Made by a program: the position numbers and the translations under genes
Source: Sodaliphilus sp.
GTDB lineage: Bacteria; Actinomycetota; Coriobacteriia; Coriobacteriales; Coriobacteriaceae
NCBI GenBank assembly: GCA_963657575.1
Contig: CAVKNR010000001.1
Span: 1-55,271 of the forward strand
Length of the DNA: 55,271 nucleotides
Direction of reading: 5' to 3'
Notes under the pieces: model-generated
Told to the model about the DNA's origin: nothing
The model's input: only the letters and a program-made list of their open reading frames with translations
The model's database searches: none
In this document: piece after piece, positions 9,621 through 19,351 of the stretch
Layout of the letters: each line of letters opens with the position of its first letter
Numbering within the stretch: the first letter of the stretch is position 1

Positions 9621-9678
9621 GCGCTAGTATGATGATCTAGTAGTTTTCCAGCAATCATCCAACACATCAGGAGTTGCG

Positions 9679-10722
9679 TTGTTTTCTTTGATGGATATGT
9701 TCTTCGGTAGCTATGCGGGCGATCTTGCCATCGACCTCGGCACCGCAAATACGCTTGTCTCCGTGCGCGGCAAGGGCATCGTCATTCGCGAGCCCTCTGT
9801 TGTCGCCATCGACAAGAACGACGAGCGCATCCTGGCGGTCGGTATCGAGGCAAAGCGCATGCTCGGCCGTACGCCCGGCAACATTGTGGCCGTTCGTCCC
9901 CTGAAGGACGGCGTCATCGCCGACTTCGATGTTACCGAGGCCATGCTTCGCTACTTTATCGACAAGGCGTCCGAGAAGCGCTACCCGTGGACCCCGCGTC
10001 CGCGCGTTGTCGTCTGCGTTCCTTCCGGCGTCACGTCGGTCGAGAAGCGTGCCGTCTTTGAGGCCACGATCCAAGCCGGCGCTCGCCAGGCCTACCTGAT
10101 CGAGGAGCCCATGGCCGCTGCTATCGGCGCCGACCTGCCCGTCGAGGAACCCACCGGCTCCATGGTCATCGACATCGGCGGCGGTACCACCGAGGTCGCT
10201 GTTATCGCCATGGGCGGCATCGTCGTCTCGCAGTCCATCCGTATTGCCGGCGACGAGTTCGACCAGGCCATCCTCACGCACGTTCGCGATGCCTACAACC
10301 TGGCCATCGGCGAGCGTACGGCAGAGGATATCAAGATTAAGGTCGGCTCCGCCGTGCCGCTCAAGGACGAGCTCGACGTCGAGGTCAACGGCCGCGACGT
10401 GATCACCGGTCTGCCCAAGACCGTGCGCATCGAGAGCGAGGAGATTCGTCGCGCGCTCAACAAGCCGCTCGACGAGATGGCCAAGGCCGTCAAGGACGCC
10501 CTCGATGCCACGCCGCCCGATCTTGCCTCTGACCTTATGTACTACGGCATTTTGCTGACCGGTGGTGGCGCTCTGCTACGCGGTCTCGACGTGCGTCTGC
10601 GCGATGAGACCGGCGTTTCGGTCAACGTCAGCCCCACGGCGCTCGATAACGTCGTTAACGGCTGTGCCCGCGTGCTCGAGGCCAATGCGTTTGATGGCGG
10701 CTTCGTCCAGACCAATGCTTAA
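9679..10722 (+). CDS. mreB: Rod shape-determining actin homologue MreB
   Basis: AIDLGTANT, RPLKDGVIADF, EEPMAAAIGA, DIGGGTTEVA and LTGGGALL motifs. Confidence 0.98.
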   Translation: MFSLMDMFFGSYAGDLAIDLGTANTLVSVRGKGIVIREPSVVAIDKNDERILAVGIEAKRMLGRTPGNIVAVRPLKDGVIADFDVTEAMLRYFIDKASEKRYPWTPRPRVVVCVPSGVTSVEKRAVFEATIQAGARQAYLIEEPMAAAIGADLPVEEPTGSMVIDIGGGTTEVAVIAMGGIVVSQSIRIAGDEFDQAILTHVRDAYNLAIGERTAEDIKIKVGSAVPLKDELDVEVNGRDVITGLPKTVRIESEEIRRALNKPLDEMAKAVKDALDATPPDLASDLMYYGILLTGGGALLRGLDVRLRDETGVSVNVSPTALDNVVNGCARVLEANAFDGGFVQTNA

Positions 10723-10743
10723 TTTCCAAAAGGTGGATTCCAT

Positions 10744-11742
10744 TTGGCACGATCTTCGGGTTTCTCCACAAATCTGAATACCAAGCGACAATCAACGGGT
10801 ATGCGCCCGTTGATTGTTTTCAGCCTGATTTCGGTGTTGCTGCTCACGTTTTACATCCGCGAGGGCGAGGCAGGGCCGATTCATGCCGTGCGTTCGGGCG
10901 TAACGACGATTACCTCGCCGGTGCGCTTTGTGGGTTCGGCTGTGGCGGCTCCTTTCAATGCCATCGGCAACGTGTTCTCTAACCTTACGGCGTCGCAGGA
11001 CACGCTCGACGAGCTCAAGAAGCAAAACGAGGAACTGACCTCTAAGGTTGCTGAGCTCTCCGAGGCTCAAAAGACCGCTGAGCGTCTGGAGGGGCTGGTC
11101 GGCCTGCAGTCGACCTATAACCTCAAATCGACCGCTGCTCGTATCGTTGGTGCCTCGGGCGATGCCTGGACCTCGACCGTAACCATCGACAAAGGCTCTG
11201 CCGACGGCCTTACCATCAACATGCCTGTGACGAGTTCGGCCGGTGTTATCGGCCAGATCATCGAAGTCTCGGCCAAGACGTCCACCGTGCGCCTGATTGG
11301 CGACGAGAACTCGGGTGTGTCCGCCATGGTACAGGACACGCGCGCCCAGGGCATGCTGCAGGGTCAGGCTGACGGCACGCTGCGTCTTGAGTATGTGAGC
11401 GTCGACTCCGACGTTAAAGTCGGCGACATCATCGTGACCTCGGGCATCGGCGGTGTGTTCCCCAAGGGTCTACCGCTCGGCACCGTCTCGTCGGTTGAGA
11501 AATCGGCAAACGACGTGTACTACACCATTGTGGTGCGCGCTCAGACCACGGCCGAGAACAACGAGGAAGTGCTGGTCATTACCTCGCTGACCGACGAACA
11601 GTCGGCCTCGGATGAGGACGTGAGCACGGCCAACAGCACGCCGCAGGGAACGTCGCGCGATGCTGCAACCAAGACGAAGGACGAGAGCTCGGATGACAGT
11701 TCCGACACGTCCGAGACGACCGATTCCGGCTCGAACGAATAG
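10744..11742 (+). CDS. mreC: Rod shape-determining protein MreC
   Basis: N-terminal TM, coiled coil, IDKGSADG and GDIIVTSGIGGVFPKGLPLG; lies directly after mreB. Confidence 0.95.
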   Translation: MARSSGFSTNLNTKRQSTGMRPLIVFSLISVLLLTFYIREGEAGPIHAVRSGVTTITSPVRFVGSAVAAPFNAIGNVFSNLTASQDTLDELKKQNEELTSKVAELSEAQKTAERLEGLVGLQSTYNLKSTAARIVGASGDAWTSTVTIDKGSADGLTINMPVTSSAGVIGQIIEVSAKTSTVRLIGDENSGVSAMVQDTRAQGMLQGQADGTLRLEYVSVDSDVKVGDIIVTSGIGGVFPKGLPLGTVSSVEKSANDVYYTIVVRAQTTAENNEEVLVITSLTDEQSASDEDVSTANSTPQGTSRDAATKTKDESSDDSSDTSETTDSGSNE

Positions 11743-11747
11743 GGGGC

Positions 11748-12320
11748 ATGTCCATGGATCTACACGAGCAGGGGATGAGCTCCCGCACGTTTGTAATCGC
11801 CGCCATCGTATGCGTGCTGCTGCAGGCAGGCCTGGCACCGCAGATCTCCATTGCGGGCGGTCGCGTCAACTTCATGATTATCCTGGTGTGCCTAAGCGTG
11901 TTCTCGGGCGACCCGACCCGTGCCGTCGTGTGCGGTTTTTGCAGCGGCTTGTTTTATGACCTGTCCGCTGCCGTGCCGGTGGGCGTTATGTCGCTCCTGC
12001 TGACCGTGGGTTCTTTTGCCCTGGTGCACAGCGCCGTCGGTCAGACGGGCGGTACCCCGAGTGCGCGCGGCGTCACTGTGGGCGCCTTCGCGCTCGTCAT
12101 TAATGTTATCTACAGCATCATCTTGCTGTTTATGGGTTTGGAGACGAGCTTTGTCGTGGCGATCTTCGGCCATGCGCTGCCGTCCTCGATCCTGACGGGT
12201 CTGGTTGCCATTCCGTTTTTGATGTCCGGCGTCGTGCCGCAGTCCGGCTATGGATTCTCCGCACGTGGCGGACGCCAGACGGGTATGCGCTTTAAGCCCA
12301 AGACCCGCAAGCTCAAATAG
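11748..12320 (+). CDS. mreD: Rod shape-determining protein MreD
   Basis: Polytopic hydrophobic protein with GFCSGLFYD, between mreC and the PBP2 gene. Confidence 0.88.
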   Translation: MSMDLHEQGMSSRTFVIAAIVCVLLQAGLAPQISIAGGRVNFMIILVCLSVFSGDPTRAVVCGFCSGLFYDLSAAVPVGVMSLLLTVGSFALVHSAVGQTGGTPSARGVTVGAFALVINVIYSIILLFMGLETSFVVAIFGHALPSSILTGLVAIPFLMSGVVPQSGYGFSARGGRQTGMRFKPKTRKLK

Positions 12321-12333
12321 GGGAGGCCCGTAG

Positions 12334-14403
12334 ATGTCTTCCCAGATGACGGTTATTATCGCCGGTATCGTGCTGGTTGTGGCCATCGTGGTCGCGCTGG
12401 TCATCATGCGTCGAGGCGATTCCCGTTTTACCTACGATACACAGCATGGAACGGCTCCGCGCGCCACCGAGGGCGAGGGCAATACCGCGGCGACCGCCTT
12501 TAAGGGCCGCTTTTCCATCCTCACCACGGGTGTGGGCGCGATGTTTGCGGCACTTGCCGTCAAGCTGTGGGGCATGCAGATGGTCTCGTCGGACTATTAC
12601 GAGAAGCAGGCCAATAGTAATCAGACTCGCACCGTTACCACACCCGCTGTGCGCGGCCGCATCCTCGACCGCAATGGCGTGGCGCTTGTCCAGAACCGTC
12701 CCTCACTTGCTGTCGTGGCCTACCGCGACCTTGCCGAGGATGAGGTTCTGGTTCGCCATCTTGCCAACGTGCTTGGAATGCCTTATGTGGCGGTCCTTCG
12801 CAATATTCAGGACAATACAGAGGGCGCTCAGAGCCTGCATACCATCGCGACGGACGTCCGTCGCTCCACGGTTGCCTATATCAAGGAACACGCCGGCGAG
12901 TTCCCGGGCGTCAAGATTGCCGAGCGTACCGAGCGCCAGTATCCATACGGCGAGACGGCATGCCATATCTTGGGCTATACCGGCACCATTACCTCCGAGC
13001 AGCTCGAGGCCCAGAATAAGAAAACCTCTGGCGATGATGATGCTTCTGCTGGCAAGATTACGTACCAGTCGGGCGATATCGTGGGCCAGGCGGGCGTTGA
13101 GAGCTACTACGAAAACCTGCTGCAGGGTATTCGTGGCGAGCAGACCGTCAAGGTCGATGCCTCGGGCAATGTGACCGGTCAGGCCGGCGCCGTGCCCGCG
13201 AAGGCCGGCTCCGACATTAAGCTCACGCTCGACCTTAAGATCCAACAGGCCTGTGAGACGGCGCTGGCGAGCGCTATCGAGCTTGCCAAGACCACTGGCT
13301 ACAGCAATGCCGGCAACGGCGCTGTGGTGTGTCTCGATCCCAACAATGGCGAGATCCTGGGCATGGCGAGCCAGCCCAAGTTCGATCCGTCCGTCTTTAT
13401 CGGCGGCGTCTCAAATGACGTGTGGACCGAGCTCAATGATGACAAGGGTTCGCACCCGCTGCTCAACCGCGCCATTAGCGGACAGTACATGTCGGCCTCG
13501 ACCATCAAGCCGCTCTCGGCACTGGCCGGTCTTGAGTTTGGAACCTACACTTCAACGCAGACAACCAACTGCACGGGTTATTGGACGGGTCTGGGCAAGG
13601 CTTGGGGCAAGCGCTGCTGGCTGACGTCTGGCCACGGCACCATGACGCTGCAGTCGGGTATCGCCAACTCGTGCGACCCCGTCTTCTACGACATGGGTAA
13701 GGCGTTCTTTTATGACGAGCAACATCCCGAGGGCCTGCAGGAGGTCTTTCGTCGCTGGGGCCTAGGCAAGACCTGCGGTATCGATCTGCCGAGTGAGGGC
13801 GCGGGTCGTATTCCCGATGCCGAGTGGAAAGAGTCATACTTCACCGACGCCTCTGCCGAGGACCGCAAGTGGAATGCCGGCGATATGACCAACATTGCTA
13901 TCGGCCAGGGCGACATCCTGGTGACGCCCCTGCAGATGGCGTGCGCCTATATGGGTCTTGCCAACGGCGGCAAACAGTACGTGCCTCACGTATTTTTGTC
14001 TGCCGTGTCGCGCGATGGCGACGGCGATGCCTATAAGTACAATGGCAAGGGCAAGAAGAAGCGCCTGGAGGCCAAGATCAACAGCGATTCGGATTTGGCT
14101 CTTGTTCGCAACGGCATGCACGACGTGATTTACACGGCATCGACGTCCCTGGCGGCGCACTTTGGCACCCTGACGCCGCAGGTATACGGCAAGTCGGGCA
14201 CGGGCGAGAAAAGTGGCGAGGACGAATACGCGTGGTTCTGCGCCTATGCACCGGCCGATGATCCCAAGTATGTCATCGCTACCGTCCTGGAGCAGGGCGG
14301 CGGTGGCTCAGATACCGCGATGCATGTCGTGCGCGACGTACTCGGCGTGATTTATGACGAGCCCGATACCTCTTCGGCCTCGGGCGATTCTTCGGTTCGA
14401 TAG
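12334..14403 (+). CDS. mrdA: Penicillin-binding protein 2 (class B transpeptidase)
   Basis: RGRILDRNG, GDIVGQAGVE and LTLDLKIQ; catalytic STIK (SxxK), SCD and KSGT. Confidence 0.95.
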   Translation: MSSQMTVIIAGIVLVVAIVVALVIMRRGDSRFTYDTQHGTAPRATEGEGNTAATAFKGRFSILTTGVGAMFAALAVKLWGMQMVSSDYYEKQANSNQTRTVTTPAVRGRILDRNGVALVQNRPSLAVVAYRDLAEDEVLVRHLANVLGMPYVAVLRNIQDNTEGAQSLHTIATDVRRSTVAYIKEHAGEFPGVKIAERTERQYPYGETACHILGYTGTITSEQLEAQNKKTSGDDDASAGKITYQSGDIVGQAGVESYYENLLQGIRGEQTVKVDASGNVTGQAGAVPAKAGSDIKLTLDLKIQQACETALASAIELAKTTGYSNAGNGAVVCLDPNNGEILGMASQPKFDPSVFIGGVSNDVWTELNDDKGSHPLLNRAISGQYMSASTIKPLSALAGLEFGTYTSTQTTNCTGYWTGLGKAWGKRCWLTSGHGTMTLQSGIANSCDPVFYDMGKAFFYDEQHPEGLQEVFRRWGLGKTCGIDLPSEGAGRIPDAEWKESYFTDASAEDRKWNAGDMTNIAIGQGDILVTPLQMACAYMGLANGGKQYVPHVFLSAVSRDGDGDAYKYNGKGKKKRLEAKINSDSDLALVRNGMHDVIYTASTSLAAHFGTLTPQVYGKSGTGEKSGEDEYAWFCAYAPADDPKYVIATVLEQGGGGSDTAMHVVRDVLGVIYDEPDTSSASGDSSVR

Positions 14404-14412
14404 GAGGTTGCG

Positions 14413-15639
14413 ATGGATTTTTCTCCGGCGGATCTGTTCCGTTCAACCAAGACCGGCTCTCGCAGCAGCCTGGACCGCGTCAACAAGCAACTTTCGGCCT
14501 CGCGCGGCACGTTTCGCCAAAAGGTGCATATCGGTGTGCTCGTGGCTACTGTGGCGCTCGTCGCCTACGGTGCCATCATTATCTGGTCGGCTTCGCAGTT
14601 TAAGGCCGATGCTTCGTTCTCGCGCCATTTGCTGGGAATTGGCATCGGCACGGTGCTGGCGGTGCTGGTCTGGCGCTCCGACCTGCGCGGTATTTCCAAT
14701 TTCTCGACGGCGTTGCTCGTCATCGACCTGATCGTGATCTTCTCGCCCAAGATTCCGGGTCTGTCCTATACGGGCGGTCTGGGCATGACGGGCTGGATCA
14801 AGATTCCCGGTATCGGCTTGACGTTCCAGCCGGTTGAGCTTGCCAAGCTCATCACCATCTTCTTTATTGCTACGCTTGGCTCGCAGTATAACGGTCGCAT
14901 CGATACCGTTCGCGACTACGTCAAGCTCTGCGGCATGCTGTCCATTCCGTTTTTGGCCGTCGTTGCCATGGGTGACCTGGGCTCGGGCCTGGTCGTGCTG
15001 GTTTCGGGCGCCATCGTCATCTGCATGAGCGGTGCACGCCGCGAATGGGTGCTGTCGACCCTGGCCCTGCTCGTGGGCCTGGTGGCCCTCGTTCTGGCGC
15101 TCGATTCGGTCTTTGATTCGCTGCTCGGCCACGATGTGCTCATCAAGCAGTATCAGATGAACCGTCTGACGGTCTTTATCGACCCCGATAATGCCGATTC
15201 GGACGATGCCTACAACCTGCAGCAGTCGCTTATCGCCGTTGGCTCGGGCGGCTTCTTTGGTAAGGGTTTGGGCCATGCGACGCAGTCGGCCGGCGGCTTT
15301 CTGCCTGAGTTCCACACCGACTTCGTCTTCGCCTTTTTGTCCGAGACCTTTGGCTTCTGCGGCTCCTTTTTGCTGCTGTGCCTCTACGTGCTGCTGATCT
15401 TTTCGACGATTCGCGTCGCCTTTAAGTGTGAGTCGCTGTTTTTGCGTCTTTCGTGTGTGGGCATCGTTGGCATGTGGGCGTTCCAGACCTTCGAAAACAT
15501 CGGCATGTGCATCGGCATGATGCCGATTACCGGTATTCCGCTACCGTTTATTAGCTTCGGTTCGTCTTCGATGATGATTCAGCTGCTGACGGTGGGTATC
15601 GTACAATCCATATGGCGGCATCGTTCGGGCGCCGCGTAA
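14413..15639 (+). CDS. rodA: SEDS peptidoglycan glycosyltransferase RodA
   Basis: FQPVELAK, DLGS, AVGSGG, PEFHTDFVF and PITGIPLPFISFG motifs; follows mrdA. Confidence 0.95.
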   Translation: MDFSPADLFRSTKTGSRSSLDRVNKQLSASRGTFRQKVHIGVLVATVALVAYGAIIIWSASQFKADASFSRHLLGIGIGTVLAVLVWRSDLRGISNFSTALLVIDLIVIFSPKIPGLSYTGGLGMTGWIKIPGIGLTFQPVELAKLITIFFIATLGSQYNGRIDTVRDYVKLCGMLSIPFLAVVAMGDLGSGLVVLVSGAIVICMSGARREWVLSTLALLVGLVALVLALDSVFDSLLGHDVLIKQYQMNRLTVFIDPDNADSDDAYNLQQSLIAVGSGGFFGKGLGHATQSAGGFLPEFHTDFVFAFLSETFGFCGSFLLLCLYVLLIFSTIRVAFKCESLFLRLSCVGIVGMWAFQTFENIGMCIGMMPITGIPLPFISFGSSSMMIQLLTVGIVQSIWRHRSGAA

Positions 15640-15657
15640 CCGCTGGAGGGGTTTGCT

Positions 15658-16587
15658 ATGAAAATTCCCGTAGATAAGCTGACCCGCGCTTTTAAGATGG
15701 GCGCGTCCGTTAAGAAGGATTCCGATACGCCGGTGCGCGTCTCGGTCTATCTGGATTCGTCCGCCTCGCGCTTTCTGGCCGAGACGGTGCGTGACGCCTT
15801 TGTGCCGCAAACGACCTCGGGTATTGTGCGCGTCGAGCGTCTGGGGGAGGAGCGAATTGCTCCAAAGACCGATACCGATGTGGTGCTGGTGCTCTCGTGT
15901 GGTTCCGACCGCTTGGAGAGTGCCGTGCAGGAGCTCGTGATCGCCGGCGCGCCCGTGTGCGTGCTTGCCGAGTCTGCTGTGGAGGTGCCGTTTATCGAGG
16001 AGTCCACGCCCATGCTCGGCGTGGTAGCGGCAACCGATAAGACGTATCTGCTCGAGACGCTTGCCCGCTGGATTCTCGATCGCACCGACAAGGAAACGGC
16101 TTTTGCGGCGAACTTTGCCTTCATGCGCATCGCGGCGGCCAATCGTATCATCACCTCGTGCGCGCTTACCAATATGGCGACCGGTGCACTGGTGTTTTTG
16201 CCGGGCGCCGATTATCCCGTTATGGCGCTGGCGCAGGTGGGCATGCTCTTTGAGCTCGCTGCCGTCTTTGGACGCGGCATTAAGCCCGAGCGCGGCTACG
16301 AGGTCGCGGGCGTGCTTGCCGGCGGTCTTGTGATCCGCGCGGTCACCCGCGCACTCGTCAAGCAGACGCCGCATATTGGGTTTGCCGTCAAGGCGCTCAC
16401 TGCTGCCGCGGGCACCTACGGCATGGGCCGTGCGCTTGTTTCGCTCTACGAGCGCGATGTCGACTACAGCCGTGCCAACGAGGTGGTCACTGCCACGTTC
16501 TCCCGCGTTCGCGATCTGGTGACCACGGTCGCGGGCGCTACCCGTCCTATGGCGTCCTACCAGGACGCATCAGATCTCGCTGCTTAG
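15658..16587 (+). CDS. Hypothetical protein with a DUF697-like hydrophobic C-terminal domain
   Basis: ATG after GGAGG; the segment GALVFLPGADYPVMALAQVGMLFELAAVFG resembles the DUF697 pattern (recognised by eye). Confidence 0.7.
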   Translation: MKIPVDKLTRAFKMGASVKKDSDTPVRVSVYLDSSASRFLAETVRDAFVPQTTSGIVRVERLGEERIAPKTDTDVVLVLSCGSDRLESAVQELVIAGAPVCVLAESAVEVPFIEESTPMLGVVAATDKTYLLETLARWILDRTDKETAFAANFAFMRIAAANRIITSCALTNMATGALVFLPGADYPVMALAQVGMLFELAAVFGRGIKPERGYEVAGVLAGGLVIRAVTRALVKQTPHIGFAVKALTAAAGTYGMGRALVSLYERDVDYSRANEVVTATFSRVRDLVTTVAGATRPMASYQDASDLAA

Positions 16588-16597
16588 GGGTTTTCCG

Positions 16598-18475
16598 TTG
16601 CGCGTTGCATACCAAGATTGTTTTCATTTAATTGAGCCGTTGCTCGCCAAGGTCGAGAAGCCGAGCCGCTATATCGATCACGAGTGGGGCACGCTTTCCA
16701 AGGCCGATGCCGACTACCGTTGCTGCCTGATCTACCCGGATGTGTACGAGGTCGGTCTGCCCAACCAGGGCATCGCCATCCTCTACAACATCCTTAACCA
16801 GGCCGAGGGCATCTCCTGCGAGCGCGGCTATGTGCCGTGGCCCGATATGGGTGACGCCATGCGCGAGGCGGGTATTCCTCTGCTGTCGCTCGAAGGTGCT
16901 GCGCCGGTCGCTTCGTTTGATATCGTCGGTCTGCATGTGCCGCACGAGATGGCGGTGACGAACTTCCTCGAGGCACTCGACCTCGCTGGCATTCCGCTGT
17001 TAGCGGCCGACCGTACCGAGGACGACCCCATTATCATCGCCGGCGGCCCCTCGGTGTACAACCCCGAGCCGTACGCGGCCTTCTTCGATGCCATCCTCAT
17101 CGGCGAGGGCGAGGAGTCGCTGCTCGAGACCTGCCAGCTGCATCGTCGCCTGCGCGACGAAGGAGTCCCGCGCGCGCAGATTGTCGAGCAGCTTGCATCC
17201 ATTGCCGGCAACTACGTGCCGTCGCTCTATGAGGTTTGTCACGACGAGCCCTGCTCGCCGCATGGCTACACCGTGCCGCGTGAGGGCAAGGATGCGCCGA
17301 GCGTGGTCTACAAGCGCGTCGTCGAGGATTTCGGCGCCACGAATCCGCTTTCGCAGTCGTGCGTGCCCTATGCGCAGCTGGTTCACGACCGCCTGTCTAT
17401 CGAGATCCTGCGCGGCTGCGCCCGCGGCTGTCGTTTTTGCCAGGCCGGCATGACGTATCGCCCGGTGCGCGAGCGCTCGGCGGACCAGATCGTCTCGTCG
17501 GTGATTCAGGGTCTGGAAAAGACCGGCTATGACGAGGTGTCGCTGACCTCGCTCTCCACGACCGACCACTCCTGCATTCGCGACGTGCTCGGCAGGCTCA
17601 ACCGTCGCCTGGAGGATACGGGTATTCGCGTGTCTATTCCGTCGCAGCGCCTGGATTCGTTTGGCGTGGATATGGCCGAGTCGGTCGCCGGCGAAAAGAA
17701 GGGCGGCCTGACGTTCGCGCCCGAGGCCGGCAGCCAGCGCATGCGCGACATCATTAACAAGAACGTGACCGAGGAGGACCTGGACCGTGCGGCCAAGGCG
17801 GCCTTCGAGGCCGGCTGGAACCGCATGAAGCTCTACTTTATGATGGGCCTTCCCGGCGAGCGCGACGAGGACATCGTGGCCATCGCCAATCTGGCCGATC
17901 ACGTGCTGGAGCTCGGTCGTTCCGTGGTGCCCAAGGCTCGTCGCGGCTCGATCTCGGTGTCCATCTCGGTTTCGGTCTTTATCCCCAAGGCTGCCACGCC
18001 GTTCCAGTGGTGCCCGCAGCTCGACTACGACGACGTCAAGCGTCGCCAGAAACTGCTTATCACGAGCGTTCGCAACCGTGCCGTCCGCGTGCATTACCAC
18101 GATGCCGAGACCTCGCTCATTGAGGCCGCGCTGTCCCGCGCCGGTCGTGACATGACGCCCGTCATCATCGATGCTTGGCGCGCGGGCTCTCGCTTTGACG
18201 CCTGGGTAGAGCATTTCTCGCTCGATAACTGGAAGGAGGCCGCTGCCAAAAACGGCATCGACCTCAATGAGCTTGTGCACCTGCCCTACGAGTTGGACTG
18301 GCGCCTGCCGTGGGAGCATGTGAGTCCCGGCTGCACGCGCGGCTTCCTCGAGCGCGAGTACCGTCGCTCGCTCGAGGGCGTCACGACTCCCGACTGCACC
18401 CGCACGTCGTGCACCGGCTGCGGGATCTGCCCCACGCTCCACGCCAAGAATGTATTGATGGGTGATCGCGCATGA
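16598..18475 (+). CDS. Radical SAM protein, TIGR03960-like
   Basis: VEKPSRY, YPDVYEVG, the CxxxCxxC motif RGCARGCRFCQAG, TFAPEAGSQR, and C-terminal DCTRTSCTGCGIC. Confidence 0.9.
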   Translation: MRVAYQDCFHLIEPLLAKVEKPSRYIDHEWGTLSKADADYRCCLIYPDVYEVGLPNQGIAILYNILNQAEGISCERGYVPWPDMGDAMREAGIPLLSLEGAAPVASFDIVGLHVPHEMAVTNFLEALDLAGIPLLAADRTEDDPIIIAGGPSVYNPEPYAAFFDAILIGEGEESLLETCQLHRRLRDEGVPRAQIVEQLASIAGNYVPSLYEVCHDEPCSPHGYTVPREGKDAPSVVYKRVVEDFGATNPLSQSCVPYAQLVHDRLSIEILRGCARGCRFCQAGMTYRPVRERSADQIVSSVIQGLEKTGYDEVSLTSLSTTDHSCIRDVLGRLNRRLEDTGIRVSIPSQRLDSFGVDMAESVAGEKKGGLTFAPEAGSQRMRDIINKNVTEEDLDRAAKAAFEAGWNRMKLYFMMGLPGERDEDIVAIANLADHVLELGRSVVPKARRGSISVSISVSVFIPKAATPFQWCPQLDYDDVKRRQKLLITSVRNRAVRVHYHDAETSLIEAALSRAGRDMTPVIIDAWRAGSRFDAWVEHFSLDNWKEAAAKNGIDLNELVHLPYELDWRLPWEHVSPGCTRGFLEREYRRSLEGVTTPDCTRTSCTGCGICPTLHAKNVLMGDRA

Positions 18476-19284
18476 GTGAGCGCCTGACCGACAACCCCTC
18501 GCTCTTTAGGCTTCGTGTTCGCTATGGCAAGCGCGATCGCCTTAAGTACCTGGGCCATCTCGAAGTGATCCATACCATTGAGCGCATCGTGCGCCGTGCG
18601 GGACTTCCCTATGCCGTCACGCAGGGCTTCTCTCCGCACATGCGCGTGGGCTTCTCTTCGGCGCTACCGGTTGGTACGTCGTCGACCTGCGAGTGGTATG
18701 ACCTGTTTATGACCGAGTTCGTGGCGCTCGACGAGGCGTTTGGGCGCCTGTCTGCGGCGTCTCCGGCCGATCTGGCGCCCATCGAGGCGGCGTACATCGA
18801 CGTGCGCACGCCGGCGTTGACGGCGCAGCTCACGCGCCTGTCGTATCGCATCGACCTGCACTTGGATCCCGAGGCGCCCGTAAGCGCCGAGGAGGTGCGT
18901 CGTGCGATCGACACGCTGCGCGCGGACCATGGCATCGACTACGCGCGCGGAAAAAAGAGCAAGCGATTGGATTTGGATCACACGCTCGTGGGCTATGAGC
19001 TCACGGCGGGGGAGCGCCCGGACCATTTGGTGCTCATGCTCGACACCCATGCCGACAACGAGGGCTCCATGCGTCCGGAAATTTTGCTTTCCGCTGCTGA
19101 TGTTTTGTTGCAGGGCTTGACCCCGGGCGTGGATGCACCTATTGTTTCCACCGGTATGCAAGACCTCGTGACCATCTGCTCCTACGATGTCGAGCGTCAG
19201 AATCAAGCATGCGAGGACGACGAGGGCCGACTCGTCAGCCCCATACCTGTGCGAACTTGTGGATTTGCTCCACATACTCGTTGA
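18472..19284 (+). CDS. Radical SAM-associated protein, TIGR03936/DUF2344-like
   Basis: KYLGHLE, RRAGLP and QGFSPH...ALPVG motifs; ATGA overlap with the radical SAM gene. Confidence 0.88.
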   Translation: MSERLTDNPSLFRLRVRYGKRDRLKYLGHLEVIHTIERIVRRAGLPYAVTQGFSPHMRVGFSSALPVGTSSTCEWYDLFMTEFVALDEAFGRLSAASPADLAPIEAAYIDVRTPALTAQLTRLSYRIDLHLDPEAPVSAEEVRRAIDTLRADHGIDYARGKKSKRLDLDHTLVGYELTAGERPDHLVLMLDTHADNEGSMRPEILLSAADVLLQGLTPGVDAPIVSTGMQDLVTICSYDVERQNQACEDDEGRLVSPIPVRTCGFAPHTR

Positions 19285-19309
19285 CGGGGGTATTTTCGCC
19301 TGCTACTAT
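19281..19309 (+). promoter_or_regulatory. Strong promoter of rplU-rpmA
   Basis: TTGACG (overlapping the upstream TGA stop), 17-nt spacer, extended -10 TGcTACTAT. Confidence 0.8.
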
Positions 19310-19351
19310 ATTCGGCTGTTGCACTAACTGATGCATGAAGGGCAAGTAAAC

